From: Fidelibacterota bacterium
GTDB lineage: Bacteria > Fidelibacterota > Fidelibacteria > Fidelibacterales > DSDE01
DNA length: 64,000 bases
Reading direction: 5' to 3'
NCBI GenBank assembly: GCA_046735395.1
Contig: JBJKQR010000012.1
Location: 174,599-238,598, forward strand
In this document: piece after piece, positions 6,049-15,580 of the stretch
Position numbering within the stretch: the first letter of the stretch is position 1
Layout of the letters: each line of letters begins with the position of its first letter
Notes under the pieces: generated by a model
Told to the model about the DNA's origin: nothing
Seen by the model: the letters and a program-made list of their open reading frames with translations, nothing else
Databases searched by the model: none
Translations under genes and position numbers: made by a program

Positions 6049-8766
6049 ATGAGAAGCGAACCATATTACAATTTCAGATGCAGGCTGGCAACTCTTTGCA
6101 GTTTCATACTGCTGGCGGGCAGCCTGCTTGCCGCCGCAGCGCCGCCGGACGGATTCTCCGTCCGTCAGCGAACGGTCCGGGACGGGCTGGTCTCCAACAC
6201 GGTCAACAGACTGCTCCGCGGTCAGGATGGATATCTGTATGTGGGTGGAGATGGAGGCCTTCAGCGTTTTGACGGCCGGAACTTCATGCCTGTCCAGACT
6301 GGGGCCGGACAAAATTTTACGATTCCTGTACTCTGCATGACGGAGGATGACAGCGGCCGGATCTGGGTGGGAACCACAAAGCGCGGTCTCTGGGTTGTAG
6401 ACGGCACAGGAACACTCATTCAGGAGAAGGATGAATTCGGCCTGGATGCAGTGGGCGTGAGAAATCTCCATATGTCAGAGCGCTACGGCCTGCTTATTTC
6501 TTCGGATTACGGCCTGCTGACCAGACGAAACGGACGTATCCGGCCCTTTCCCGATGAAGCGGGAACCGGTCGGCGTATGGTGAGCGATACGGAGGAGGAT
6601 GCCTCCGGAAATCTGTGGATTGCCACCTTCCGCGACGGCCTGATTCGCTGGGACGGACGGCATCGTCAGATCTTCAGCGGGGATGAGCGGATGAGCGGCA
6701 GTATGATCTTTGATCTGTTCATGGATGGTGATACGCTCTATATCGCGACTCTGGACGGAGCCTTCCGCCTGTGGAATACGGATGAAGGCCCACAGTACGT
6801 GGATGAATCCGAGTTTACTCCGGTACAGGTCTTCATCCGCAGTGAAAAAGGTGAGGTGCTGGCCGGAACAATGAATAACGGCCTGATGGCCTATTCCCGG
6901 ACCCTGAACCGGCTCGTGAAGACGGACCGGTTTTCCGGAAGCGGTGAAAGCTTCATTCATGATATTCTGGAAGAAAAGGCTTCCTGTCTCTGGGCCGCGA
7001 CCGATCTTCATGGCCTGCTCCAGTTCCGGAAACGGATTCTGATTCCTCTTCCCGGTTCTGAAGGCCTGGCCTTTGAATGCCTCCTCCGTGATGGGGAGGG
7101 CACTCTGTTCGCCGGAACACGGCGCAGCGGGCTCTATCAGATGAGAGAAACAGATTCGATGCTCGTCCGTGTTCCCGGATTTGAAAACAGTCATATATTG
7201 TCATTGGCCGCCATTCATGGCAACCTCTTTGCTGGAACTTCGGGTGAGGGACTGCTTCGCCTGACCGATAAGGGCCTGACACCCCTCCGCAAGAATGGGG
7301 AATTTCAATCGGTGATGGCCCTGCTGCCGGTGGATTCGGCCCTCTGGATCGGAAGTGAAACAGGGCTGTTCATTGATCCGAAGGGGCGCGGTGAAACCCT
7401 GTTTCCGCTTTCCGTGTTCAATGGCGAGGCAGTCCGTCTCCTTCGATCCCGCGGCGACAGTATTCTGGTGTTGTCATCTCAGGGCCTTTTTCTGACGGAT
7501 CGGAACGGGCGTGACCGGAAACTGCTGGCTGATGCAGGCAGCACGGAATCCACCGCTGATATTCTGCTGGTCGGAAAAGGCGCTGCGCTGATTCGTATCA
7601 GTGCTGGAAATACAGGGCTTCGAATGCAGAGAGGGCAGTCTGTCATGCAATTCGGAAGGAAGGAGGGGCTTCCGACCGAACATCTGTATTCGCTGTATCT
7701 CAGCTCCGATTCCCTGCTTTTCATCGGATCTGACAAGGGGCCGCTTATCGTGCCGCTGCAGATATTTCTCGACGGATTTAACAAGGGGAGGATGAATGAA
7801 GGCTTCCGGCTGCTGAGCGAACAGTCCGAATCCATTCCGGCCCTGTGCAGTCCCGGAACCGGGTCCCGGCTCATGACCGAGAATCCGGACGGGCATATTC
7901 TGTTCGCGGGCCAGGGTGCCATTCTGTCCCTGCAGCCTTCGGACATTCCACAGGGGGAAAACCTTCGCCCGCGTATTGTCAGCCTGCGTGCAGGACAAAA
8001 TACGGTGGATACGCTGAATTGTACTCTGAAATTTCACCAGAATGATATAGATGTGGAAGTGAGCGCCGTCGGAATAATGAACGGGGAAAGTCCCCGCTTT
8101 CGATGCCGCCTGTCCGGCAGGGATGAGCAGATCGGACTGCTGCTGGACGGACAGACACGGATCAGCTATAATAATCTCCCGCCGGGGCCTTATACATTCA
8201 GAGTTTCAGTGATGAATGAAAACGGACTGTGGTCGGAGGATACAGCGAGCCTGAACTTCAGCATACTCCCGGCCATTCCCGCCATCGTCCTGCCCATTGT
8301 TCTGGCTCTTCTGCTTCTTGTCAGTGCCCTGGCCGTAAACCGTTACCGGGAGGGACGACCCGGACAGGCTGCGGGCAACGTATCGCGGAATCCTGTTGAT
8401 CCTGAATTAGGCGAACGGCTGGAGGAACGATTAAAAAAACTGCTGGAAGAGGACAGACTGTATCTAAATCCGGATCTGAATCTCTCCGATCTCGCCTCGG
8501 CCGCCAGATGTCCGTCCTATCTTCTCAGCCGTTATATCAATGATAGATCCGGCAGTAATTTCAATGATTTTATCAATGATTACCGAATTCGCGAGGCCGC
8601 TGAACGCCTGCAGAGCCCCGAGTATGAATCAGAAAGTATTCTGGCCATCATGCTGGACTGCGGCTTCTACAGCAAGTCCGTCTTTAATTCCGCCTTTCGC
8701 AAGCGCATGGCCGTCACTCCGTCTGAATACCGGCGCGGTAAGCGAACTCCGGCACGAAAGGCATAA
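6049..8766 (+). CDS. membrane-anchored AraC-family regulator with periplasmic two-component-regulator propeller and Y_Y_Y domains
   Basis: Signal peptide; repeated ED.SGRIWVGT/GNLWIAT blades; Y_Y_Y motif ISYNNLPPGPYTFRV...NENGLWS; one TM helix; AraC HTH (LYLNPDLNLSDLA...CGFYSKSVFNSAFRK...TPSEYR). Confidence 0.88.
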   Translation: MRSEPYYNFRCRLATLCSFILLAGSLLAAAAPPDGFSVRQRTVRDGLVSNTVNRLLRGQDGYLYVGGDGGLQRFDGRNFMPVQTGAGQNFTIPVLCMTEDDSGRIWVGTTKRGLWVVDGTGTLIQEKDEFGLDAVGVRNLHMSERYGLLISSDYGLLTRRNGRIRPFPDEAGTGRRMVSDTEEDASGNLWIATFRDGLIRWDGRHRQIFSGDERMSGSMIFDLFMDGDTLYIATLDGAFRLWNTDEGPQYVDESEFTPVQVFIRSEKGEVLAGTMNNGLMAYSRTLNRLVKTDRFSGSGESFIHDILEEKASCLWAATDLHGLLQFRKRILIPLPGSEGLAFECLLRDGEGTLFAGTRRSGLYQMRETDSMLVRVPGFENSHILSLAAIHGNLFAGTSGEGLLRLTDKGLTPLRKNGEFQSVMALLPVDSALWIGSETGLFIDPKGRGETLFPLSVFNGEAVRLLRSRGDSILVLSSQGLFLTDRNGRDRKLLADAGSTESTADILLVGKGAALIRISAGNTGLRMQRGQSVMQFGRKEGLPTEHLYSLYLSSDSLLFIGSDKGPLIVPLQIFLDGFNKGRMNEGFRLLSEQSESIPALCSPGTGSRLMTENPDGHILFAGQGAILSLQPSDIPQGENLRPRIVSLRAGQNTVDTLNCTLKFHQNDIDVEVSAVGIMNGESPRFRCRLSGRDEQIGLLLDGQTRISYNNLPPGPYTFRVSVMNENGLWSEDTASLNFSILPAIPAIVLPIVLALLLLVSALAVNRYREGRPGQAAGNVSRNPVDPELGERLEERLKKLLEEDRLYLNPDLNLSDLASAARCPSYLLSRYINDRSGSNFNDFINDYRIREAAERLQSPEYESESILAIMLDCGFYSKSVFNSAFRKRMAVTPSEYRRGKRTPARKA

Positions 8767-9155
8767 GGATCAAGGCGCCAGGAGCCAGAAAAAATCCCCG
8801 TTTTTCATAGCAGGGCAAATTCTCGTTTCTTCCTCAGCCTCAACCTCAACCTTAATTTTAATTTTCCTTCGCGATCTTTGCGGTCTCAGCATGAAACGTT
8901 CTTCCGCATCAACGCGGTTGAAAGAAGCTGGAAGTTGGAAGCTTGCGTCGCCGGTTTCCGGCTCCTGAAACAGCCCTACAAGATTACACGTTGATATTTA
9001 CGAGTATACCCAGTTTCACAGCAGGGCATATTCTCGTTTCTTCCCTACTCTACCGCTTTACTACTTTACAATTTTAAAGGTTCTTCCTCATCTACTCATT
9101 TACCCGTCTACGCATTAACGCCTTAACCCGGCAATTATCCAACCATCCAACTATT
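8764..9155. repeat. intergenic mosaic: 31-bp direct repeat plus degenerate 6/7/8-mer tandem repeats
   Basis: 8803-8833 and 9014-9044 match at 29/31; hexamers 8834-8863; heptamers 8764-8791 and 8924-8944; octamers 9045-9076, 9087-9126 and 9132-9155. Confidence 0.75.
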
Positions 9156-9211
9156 TTGATTAATGGTAAAAAACTGGTATATTCCGCAAATGTCTAAAAA
9201 AAGGAATAAGA

Positions 9212-9697
9212 ATGAAAATTGAAAAGAACAAAGTAGTCAGTATTAATTATACACTGAAATCCGATTCCGGGGAAGTCCTGGACAGTTCTGAAGGGCGTGA
9301 ACCTCTTGAATATATTCATGGAATGGGAAACCTCATTCCCGGCCTGGAGAAGGAACTGGACGGCAAGGGCGCAGGGGAGACCCTGCAGGCGGTCATTGCA
9401 CCGGCCGAAGCATATGGCGAATACAGCGACGAGCTGGTTCAGACCGTTTCCCGCACCCAGTTTGAAAATCCGGATGATATCAGGGAGGGGGCCCAGTTTC
9501 AGGTACAGACCCAGCATGATGTGCGTATTGCCACGGTGACGACCGTCGAGGGTGACAATGTGACACTGGATCTGAATCATCCGCTTGCCGGTGAAACCCT
9601 GCATTTTGACGTGGATGTCGTGTCCGTCCGCGAAGCAAGCGCGGAGGAGCTGGATCACGGCCATGTACACGGTGCTCACGGACATCATCACCACTGA
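9212..9697 (+). CDS. slyD: FKBP-type peptidyl-prolyl isomerase SlyD
   Basis: PLEYIHGMGNLIPGLE, AEAYGEY, DLNHPLAGETLHF; His-rich tail HGHVHGAHGHHHH. Confidence 0.95.
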   Translation: MKIEKNKVVSINYTLKSDSGEVLDSSEGREPLEYIHGMGNLIPGLEKELDGKGAGETLQAVIAPAEAYGEYSDELVQTVSRTQFENPDDIREGAQFQVQTQHDVRIATVTTVEGDNVTLDLNHPLAGETLHFDVDVVSVREASAEELDHGHVHGAHGHHHH

Positions 9698-9849
9698 GAT
9701 CATTCTATTTCCGGGTGCCCATACCCGGAATAAATAATATTGAAAATATTGTCAATTTGGCGTTAACTATCCTGATGAGCCGGTGTCTAATCACCAATGG
9801 CAAAAATTCAAACAGGAAAATACAGTTCGTCCAGAAAGGATTACGAGGG

Positions 9850-12288
9850 TTGAAAAAACTGATCTTGGTTTCATTGTTTATTGTGATGGGCAGCAGCATG
9901 ATTTTCGGGCAGGCCGCGCGCCGGAACGCCTCCATCCGGGGCCGCATCATAGATATGGATACGGATATGACGGTGGAATATGCCAATGTACTGGTGAATT
10001 CGCTGCAGGACAGCACGCTGGTCAATGGAGGCATGAGCGATGATCAGGGGTATTTCCGCGTGGAAAACCTGGTGCCCGGAAGTTATTATGTGGAAGTGAA
10101 ATTCATCGGATATGAAGATTACATTTTTCATACGGTCAGAATAGATGACGAAAACCCCCAGGTGGATCTGGGAAATATCCCTCTGAAGAAATCCGTGATC
10201 CACATGGACGGAGTACAGGTTGAGGCGGAGCGGCCCATTATTAATTATGAAATTGACAAAAAGGTCATTGATGTGAGAAAACAGGCCACGTCCGAATCCG
10301 GTACGGCGGTGGACCTGCTTCAGAATGTCCCTTCCGTGGATGTGGACTTCGATGGGAATGTTTCACTGAGAGGGTCTTCATCATTTACGGTCCTCATTGA
10401 CGGCCGGCCCACGATTCTGGATGCCAATGACGCCCTGGCGCAGATTCCGGCATCCACCATCGAGCAGATCGAAATCATTACCAATCCGTCTGTGAAATAT
10501 GATCCGGAGGGAATCGCCGGTATCATGAACATTGTCACGATCAAAAAGAAACTCACCGGCGTAAGCGGTATTGTCAATGCCCGCTACGGCAGCAATAACG
10601 ATCCCGGCGGAGATTTCCTCCTGAGCTTCAAACATGAAAAGTTCAACTGGTTCGTGAAGGGCATGTACCGTGGCGGAGAACATCCCGGAACCAGCGAAAG
10701 TTCACGAACCACGACAGTGGATACGCTGACGACCATTCTGGAATCGCAGGGCAGTTCAAACCGCGACCGGAATTTTGCCGGAGTTCAGACCGGTATTGAA
10801 TATTATCCGGGCAAAAATGATGTTCTGAGTCTGAGCGCCCGAATCGGAGATTTCCGGATGGGGGAGAAATCCACACTGGATTATACTGAGCAGCGCCTCA
10901 TGCCGTCTGATTCGCTGGACCTTGCCTATACCGGCGTGGAAGACGGAAGCCATGGCGGAACCCATCTCTCGGCTTCATTGTCCTGGGATCATAATTTTGA
11001 ACAGGAAGGCCATAAATTATCCGCACAGGTCAATTTCATGAACCGGAATGGTTCAGAAAATTCGACGAATGAGGAATTTGATTCGAATCATCAGATCACG
11101 AGCGGCCAGATCAATACGGAAAAAGGCCCCATGACCCGTGTCCAGTACCGTTCCGATTATGAGAAGCCGCTGGGGGATTTCGGCAAGCTGGAGCTGGGCC
11201 TGGAAGGCAATGCCGGCGACAACCGGGATATGACGACGGTGAAGGATTATATCGACGGCGCCTATGTGGTGCAGGATTCTCTGGCCCGCGATGCCCGGTA
11301 CCGGCAGAATATCAACGGTGTCTACGCTCTGGTCAATCAGAAGTACGGAAATATCGGCATCCAGGGCGGCCTGCGCATGGAATATACCTACCGTAAAATT
11401 TCCACAGGAGACAATACGGATGTATTCACCATTAACCGTCCGGATTATTTCCCCAGCCTCCACACCAGTTACGATCTCGGCAATGGGGACCAGCTTATGG
11501 CCAGCTATACCCGCCGCATTCAGCGCCCCCGGGGCTGGTATCTGGAACCTTTCCGGACCCGCATGGATTCGCGGAATGTCTGGGAAGGAAATCCGGGACT
11601 GCTGCCGTCCTACACCAATTCGGTCGAGGGCGGATACAAGAAGGTGGTCGGAAACAACGACGTCTATTTCGATCTTTTTTACCGCCAGACTCTGGATGAG
11701 GATGAACGGATCACCGAACCGCTTACAGCCGACCTCTATCTGAATACGGTAAAGAACGTGGGAACCTCAACCTCCGCCGGTCTGGAAGCATCGGTCAATC
11801 TGATTTTCCGGAAATTCTGGAGTCTCTATCTCACTAGTTCGGTGTACGATTACCGTCTGGCCGGAGAATATGTCGGTGTGGCCGACACGGTGGTATTTGA
11901 TACCCACGACACCTCCTGGAATGCGCGCTTCAACAACACATTCCGCCTGAATGAAAAATGTGAGCTGCAGGTGATGACCCGCTACCGCTCGGGACGGGTG
12001 ACGTCCCAGGGACGGGATGATGCCCGCTATCAGACCGACCTTTCCCTGAAATACCAGATACTCCGCAACAAGCTGACCGCCAATTTTCAGGTTCGGGACG
12101 TTTTCGGAACCGGCGTGCATGAATCCACCTCATCCGGTGCGAATTTTACCAGCCATTCTCTCCACACACATGATGCACCCTACTTTTCATTATCTCTCAA
12201 ATATAATTTCAATAATTATCAGGAAAAACCGGGCGGCGGCCAGAATGGCGGCGGCGGTGATACGATGGATAACGGAGGCGATTACTGA
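9850..12288 (+). CDS. TonB-dependent-receptor-like outer membrane beta-barrel protein
   Basis: TTG start gives signal MKKLILVSLFIVMGSSMIFG; N-terminal carboxypeptidase-regulatory-like domain; plug (LLQNVPSVDVD..G.VSLRG, IEIITNPSVKYDPEG); barrel motifs SYTRRIQRP and GNPGLLPS. Confidence 0.88.
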   Translation: MKKLILVSLFIVMGSSMIFGQAARRNASIRGRIIDMDTDMTVEYANVLVNSLQDSTLVNGGMSDDQGYFRVENLVPGSYYVEVKFIGYEDYIFHTVRIDDENPQVDLGNIPLKKSVIHMDGVQVEAERPIINYEIDKKVIDVRKQATSESGTAVDLLQNVPSVDVDFDGNVSLRGSSSFTVLIDGRPTILDANDALAQIPASTIEQIEIITNPSVKYDPEGIAGIMNIVTIKKKLTGVSGIVNARYGSNNDPGGDFLLSFKHEKFNWFVKGMYRGGEHPGTSESSRTTTVDTLTTILESQGSSNRDRNFAGVQTGIEYYPGKNDVLSLSARIGDFRMGEKSTLDYTEQRLMPSDSLDLAYTGVEDGSHGGTHLSASLSWDHNFEQEGHKLSAQVNFMNRNGSENSTNEEFDSNHQITSGQINTEKGPMTRVQYRSDYEKPLGDFGKLELGLEGNAGDNRDMTTVKDYIDGAYVVQDSLARDARYRQNINGVYALVNQKYGNIGIQGGLRMEYTYRKISTGDNTDVFTINRPDYFPSLHTSYDLGNGDQLMASYTRRIQRPRGWYLEPFRTRMDSRNVWEGNPGLLPSYTNSVEGGYKKVVGNNDVYFDLFYRQTLDEDERITEPLTADLYLNTVKNVGTSTSAGLEASVNLIFRKFWSLYLTSSVYDYRLAGEYVGVADTVVFDTHDTSWNARFNNTFRLNEKCELQVMTRYRSGRVTSQGRDDARYQTDLSLKYQILRNKLTANFQVRDVFGTGVHESTSSGANFTSHSLHTHDAPYFSLSLKYNFNNYQEKPGGGQNGGGGDTMDNGGDY

Positions 12289-12458
12289 TTTCCTGCAAGC
12301 GGTTGAAAGGTCGGAAAGAGGGCTTCCGATACATTCGAATCTGATTCGCGTCAGCTGTTCGCTACGGTAATTTGAGTTGCCGGTATTGCAGTGATGTCCC
12401 CTGTTCCGGTATCACATCAGGTAATATTCGCTAAATTCATAAAAAATAACTTATTCCT

Positions 12459-12487
12459 TTGCATTAATTCCCGGCATTTGTTAATTT
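12459..12487 (+). promoter_or_regulatory. candidate sigma70 promoter of the yicC-gmk run
   Basis: TTGCAT-17 bp-TAATTT with a TGn extension. Confidence 0.4.
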
Positions 12488-12511
12488 CGCCCTCCAATCA
12501 AAGGGGGCTGA

Positions 12512-13393
12512 ATGCTCAGGAGCATGACAGGATACGGACGGGCTGCGGATCATTTCAACGGCCTGGATTGTAGCGTTGAAATTCGTTCGGTAAACAGCCG
12601 CTTTCAGGATATCTCCATCCATCTTCCCCGATCCATTTCATTTCTGGAATTGCCTCTTCGGGAGCAGATTCAGAAAAGCGGATTTCGCGGAAAGATCATC
12701 TGCTCGGTCAACCTGAGCGGAGATCTGTCGGTCTCCTCCGAATTCGTCCTCAATGAGCAGCTTCTGGAGAGCTATCTGTCCGTCAGCAATGAGCTGAAGA
12801 CACGCTTCGGACTGCCCGGTGAGATTTCCGTCTATACCATCATGAATCGCCAGGATGTGGTAAGCCTGGCGGAGAAGAAGGGAAGCGAGGAGCAGTTTTC
12901 AGGATTTGTCACATCTCTGCTCGCCGGAGCGCTGGAGTCCATGAACGAGATGCAGGAAACGGAAGGCGGAACGATCCGCGAATTATTCGTTTCTCTCCTG
13001 GAAGGCCTTGCCGAAAAGAACCGTCGTGTGGAATCCATGTACAAAACCGCCATTCAGGAATTCATCGACCGCTTTACTCAGCGCGTTTCCCAGCTGCTGA
13101 ACTCGGATATGCCGTCACCGGAAGCGCTGAATCACGAGATTGTCATTCTGGGTGACAAGCTGGACATTTCCGAGGAAATCAGCCGTCTGGCCTCCCATCT
13201 CGATCAGTTCCGGACATATATGGATTCCGACGATTCGGCCGTGGGTAAAAAACTGAATTTTCTGCTGCAGGAAATGAACCGTGAAGCGACAACGATGGGG
13301 AATAAGGCCAATAACAGTACCATTTCCTATCTTGTCGTAGAAATGAAAAATGAAATAGAGATGCTGCGCGAACAGGTGCAGAATCTCCAGTAA
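12512..13393 (+). CDS. yicC: YicC/YloC family endoribonuclease
   Basis: MLRSMTGYGR, EIRSVNSRF, GKKLNFLLQEMNRE, REQVQNLQ; upstream of gmk. Confidence 0.95.
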   Translation: MLRSMTGYGRAADHFNGLDCSVEIRSVNSRFQDISIHLPRSISFLELPLREQIQKSGFRGKIICSVNLSGDLSVSSEFVLNEQLLESYLSVSNELKTRFGLPGEISVYTIMNRQDVVSLAEKKGSEEQFSGFVTSLLAGALESMNEMQETEGGTIRELFVSLLEGLAEKNRRVESMYKTAIQEFIDRFTQRVSQLLNSDMPSPEALNHEIVILGDKLDISEEISRLASHLDQFRTYMDSDDSAVGKKLNFLLQEMNREATTMGNKANNSTISYLVVEMKNEIEMLREQVQNLQ

Positions 13394-13414
13394 AATATCA
13401 GGGAACTGACATAT

Positions 13415-14026
13415 ATGATGAAGGATGAGAGAATGCCCGGCCTCAATGATCAAGGGACTTCTGAAAAAGCGCAGGGCATTCTGATTATTTTTGCCGCCCA
13501 TTCCGGAGCCGGAAAATCAACCATTATCAACCGGCTGCTGGAGAAGCATTCTGACTGGAAGTTTTCCATATCCTGCACGACGCGGGCTCCCCGGCAGGGA
13601 GAAAAAGACGGCCGCGAGTACTATTTCATCACTCACGAACGGTTCGATGAAATGGTTCGGAACGGGAAGCTGATGGAATATGAGAATGTGCATGGTGAAT
13701 ATTACGGTACGCCCTCCGAACCCCTGGATGCAGCCGTTCGGAACGGGGAGGTGATGATCCTGGATCTGGATGTGTACGGAGCTCTGAACGTCCGCAGCGC
13801 CTATCCGGATAATTCACGGGGCATCTTCATCGATGTGAGCGACCTGGCCGTCCTGGAAAAACGGCTGCTGTCGCGAAAGACCGAATCGACAGATAAAATA
13901 GCCGCCCGCCTGTCGCGGATTCCGGCTGAACGGGAAAAAATAAAGGGGTTTGACTATATCGTCCTCAATGATGATCTGGAGAAGGCGGTGGAACAAACCG
14001 ACAAAATTATAGTAGAGAACAGGTAA
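13415..14026 (+). CDS. gmk: guanylate kinase
   Basis: SGAGKST P-loop, SCTTRAPRQGEKDGREYYF, YYGT. Start uncertain. Confidence 0.95.
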   Translation: MMKDERMPGLNDQGTSEKAQGILIIFAAHSGAGKSTIINRLLEKHSDWKFSISCTTRAPRQGEKDGREYYFITHERFDEMVRNGKLMEYENVHGEYYGTPSEPLDAAVRNGEVMILDLDVYGALNVRSAYPDNSRGIFIDVSDLAVLEKRLLSRKTESTDKIAARLSRIPAEREKIKGFDYIVLNDDLEKAVEQTDKIIVENR

Positions 14027-14039
14027 AGGAGATACGTTT

Positions 14040-14357
14040 ATGTCCAAGGATTTTAAGTACCAGGGAGAACGCCCGGATGATATTTTTGAAGCCATTTCCG
14101 TCATGGCGAAACGCGCGCGTCAGATCAATCAGAAACGGGCCGGCAAATTCACACTGAAACCCTATGTCATTGACGGGGATGAAGAGTACGAAACGGAAAT
14201 TGAAGTTGACACCGAGTATTATGACAGCCTTGAGAAGCCCACAACCATGGCGATGAAGGAATTTTCCGAAGATAAGCTGGAATACGATTACATCGAGGAA
14301 GCGGAAGAGACGGAAAACCTGTCGGAAGACGGTGACGGCGAGGATATGATTATCTGA
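14040..14357 (+). CDS. rpoZ: RNA polymerase omega subunit
   Basis: IFEAISVMAKRARQIN and EKPTTMAMKEF; gmk-rpoZ-coaBC synteny. Confidence 0.88.
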   Translation: MSKDFKYQGERPDDIFEAISVMAKRARQINQKRAGKFTLKPYVIDGDEEYETEIEVDTEYYDSLEKPTTMAMKEFSEDKLEYDYIEEAEETENLSEDGDGEDMII

Positions 14358-14359
14358 GC

Positions 14360-15562
14360 ATGAAGCTTCAGGGGAAAAAAATACTGCTGGGACTCAGCGG
14401 CGGGATTGCCATTTACAAGACGGCGTCCCTTCTGCGGAGGCTTACCCGTGATCTGGGAGCCGACGTACAGGTCGTTATGACCGGGGCGGCGCAGAAATTC
14501 ATGACCCCCCTGATTTTTGAAACCTTCAGCGGTAAAAAGGTTCTCACATCGCTTTTTGATGATGCGGAACTGGTTTCGACCCGGCATATCGATCAGGTTC
14601 GCAGCGCGGATCTGTTTCTGATCGTGCCGGCCACCGCAAATATCGTGGGCAAAGCTGCAAACGGGATCGGGGATGACCTGCTGTCCACCATGCTGCTGGC
14701 GGCCACACCGGAAAAAACCTGTTTCGCCCTGGCCATGAACCGGTATATGTACGAGAATCCGGCCTGCACGGAAAACAGGAATAGCCTGCAACAACGCGGT
14801 TATCATTTCATCGATGCGGAGGAAGGGCCGCTTGCCACCTCTGTGGAAGGCGAGGGCCGGGGCCGTCTGGCCGATGAAAAGGTGATTCTGGAGTGGATTG
14901 AAAATGCCTTGCTGGGGCCTCAGCCCCTTGCCGGAAAGAAGATTCTCATTTCAGCCGGGCCTACCCGTGAGTATATAGATCGGGTCCGCTATATTTCCAA
15001 TCCTTCCTCCGGAAAAATGGGGATTGCCCTGGCGGAAGCAGCGCAGCAGATGGGGGCAGAAACCGAACTGGTCTGCGGTCCTGTATCCGAGCCCATTCCC
15101 GATGGAATTTCCCTTGCCCGTGTCAGCAGCGCCGAAGAGATGAAGCAGGCTCTGTTTGACCATTTTCATGATGCGGATATTGTAATCATGGCGGCTGCAG
15201 TGGAGGATGTGCGTCCGGCTCAGCGTCACACATCGAAGCTGAAGAAAAATGACATTTCTCCTGCGCTGCAGCTGGAGAGAACGCCGGATATTCTGCTGGA
15301 AATGGGAAAACAGAAGAAAGATCAGCTGCTGGTGGGATTTTCTGTGGAAACGGACCAGATTATTGAAAATTCCCGGGATAAACTGCAGCGGAAAAATCTT
15401 GATTTCATTGTGATTAATAATCCGGATGAACCGGGTGCGGCGTTTTCAGCCGACACAAACCGGGTTCGTGTTCTCGACAGGGAAGGGCGACAGACCGAAT
15501 TTCCTCTTCAATCGAAAAAGGATCTTGCCCACCGCTTATTGGAGTTATTCATTGCGGGCTGA
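14360..15562 (+). CDS. coaBC: bifunctional phosphopantothenoylcysteine decarboxylase/synthase
   Basis: KKILLGLSGGIAIYK, PATANIVGK, AGPTREYIDRVRYISNPSSGKMG. Confidence 0.96.
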   Translation: MKLQGKKILLGLSGGIAIYKTASLLRRLTRDLGADVQVVMTGAAQKFMTPLIFETFSGKKVLTSLFDDAELVSTRHIDQVRSADLFLIVPATANIVGKAANGIGDDLLSTMLLAATPEKTCFALAMNRYMYENPACTENRNSLQQRGYHFIDAEEGPLATSVEGEGRGRLADEKVILEWIENALLGPQPLAGKKILISAGPTREYIDRVRYISNPSSGKMGIALAEAAQQMGAETELVCGPVSEPIPDGISLARVSSAEEMKQALFDHFHDADIVIMAAAVEDVRPAQRHTSKLKKNDISPALQLERTPDILLEMGKQKKDQLLVGFSVETDQIIENSRDKLQRKNLDFIVINNPDEPGAAFSADTNRVRVLDREGRQTEFPLQSKKDLAHRLLELFIAG

Positions 15563-15580
15563 ATCATTTGGATCGGAATT

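Noticed and set aside
8764..9155. CRISPR array
   Set aside because: Only two copies of the 31-mer, 211 bp apart, no regular spacers and no cas genes.
9715..9849. Longer N-termini given by the ORF track (also dnaB 16149, purB 25534, pth 42654, ispE 45207, pilins 2337 and 3293)
   Set aside because: Downstream starts fit SD sites, signal peptides, gene overlaps or family N-termini better.
12289..12511. Structured RNA between the barrel gene and yicC
   Set aside because: Only short weak stems; the AT-rich part is explained by a promoter.
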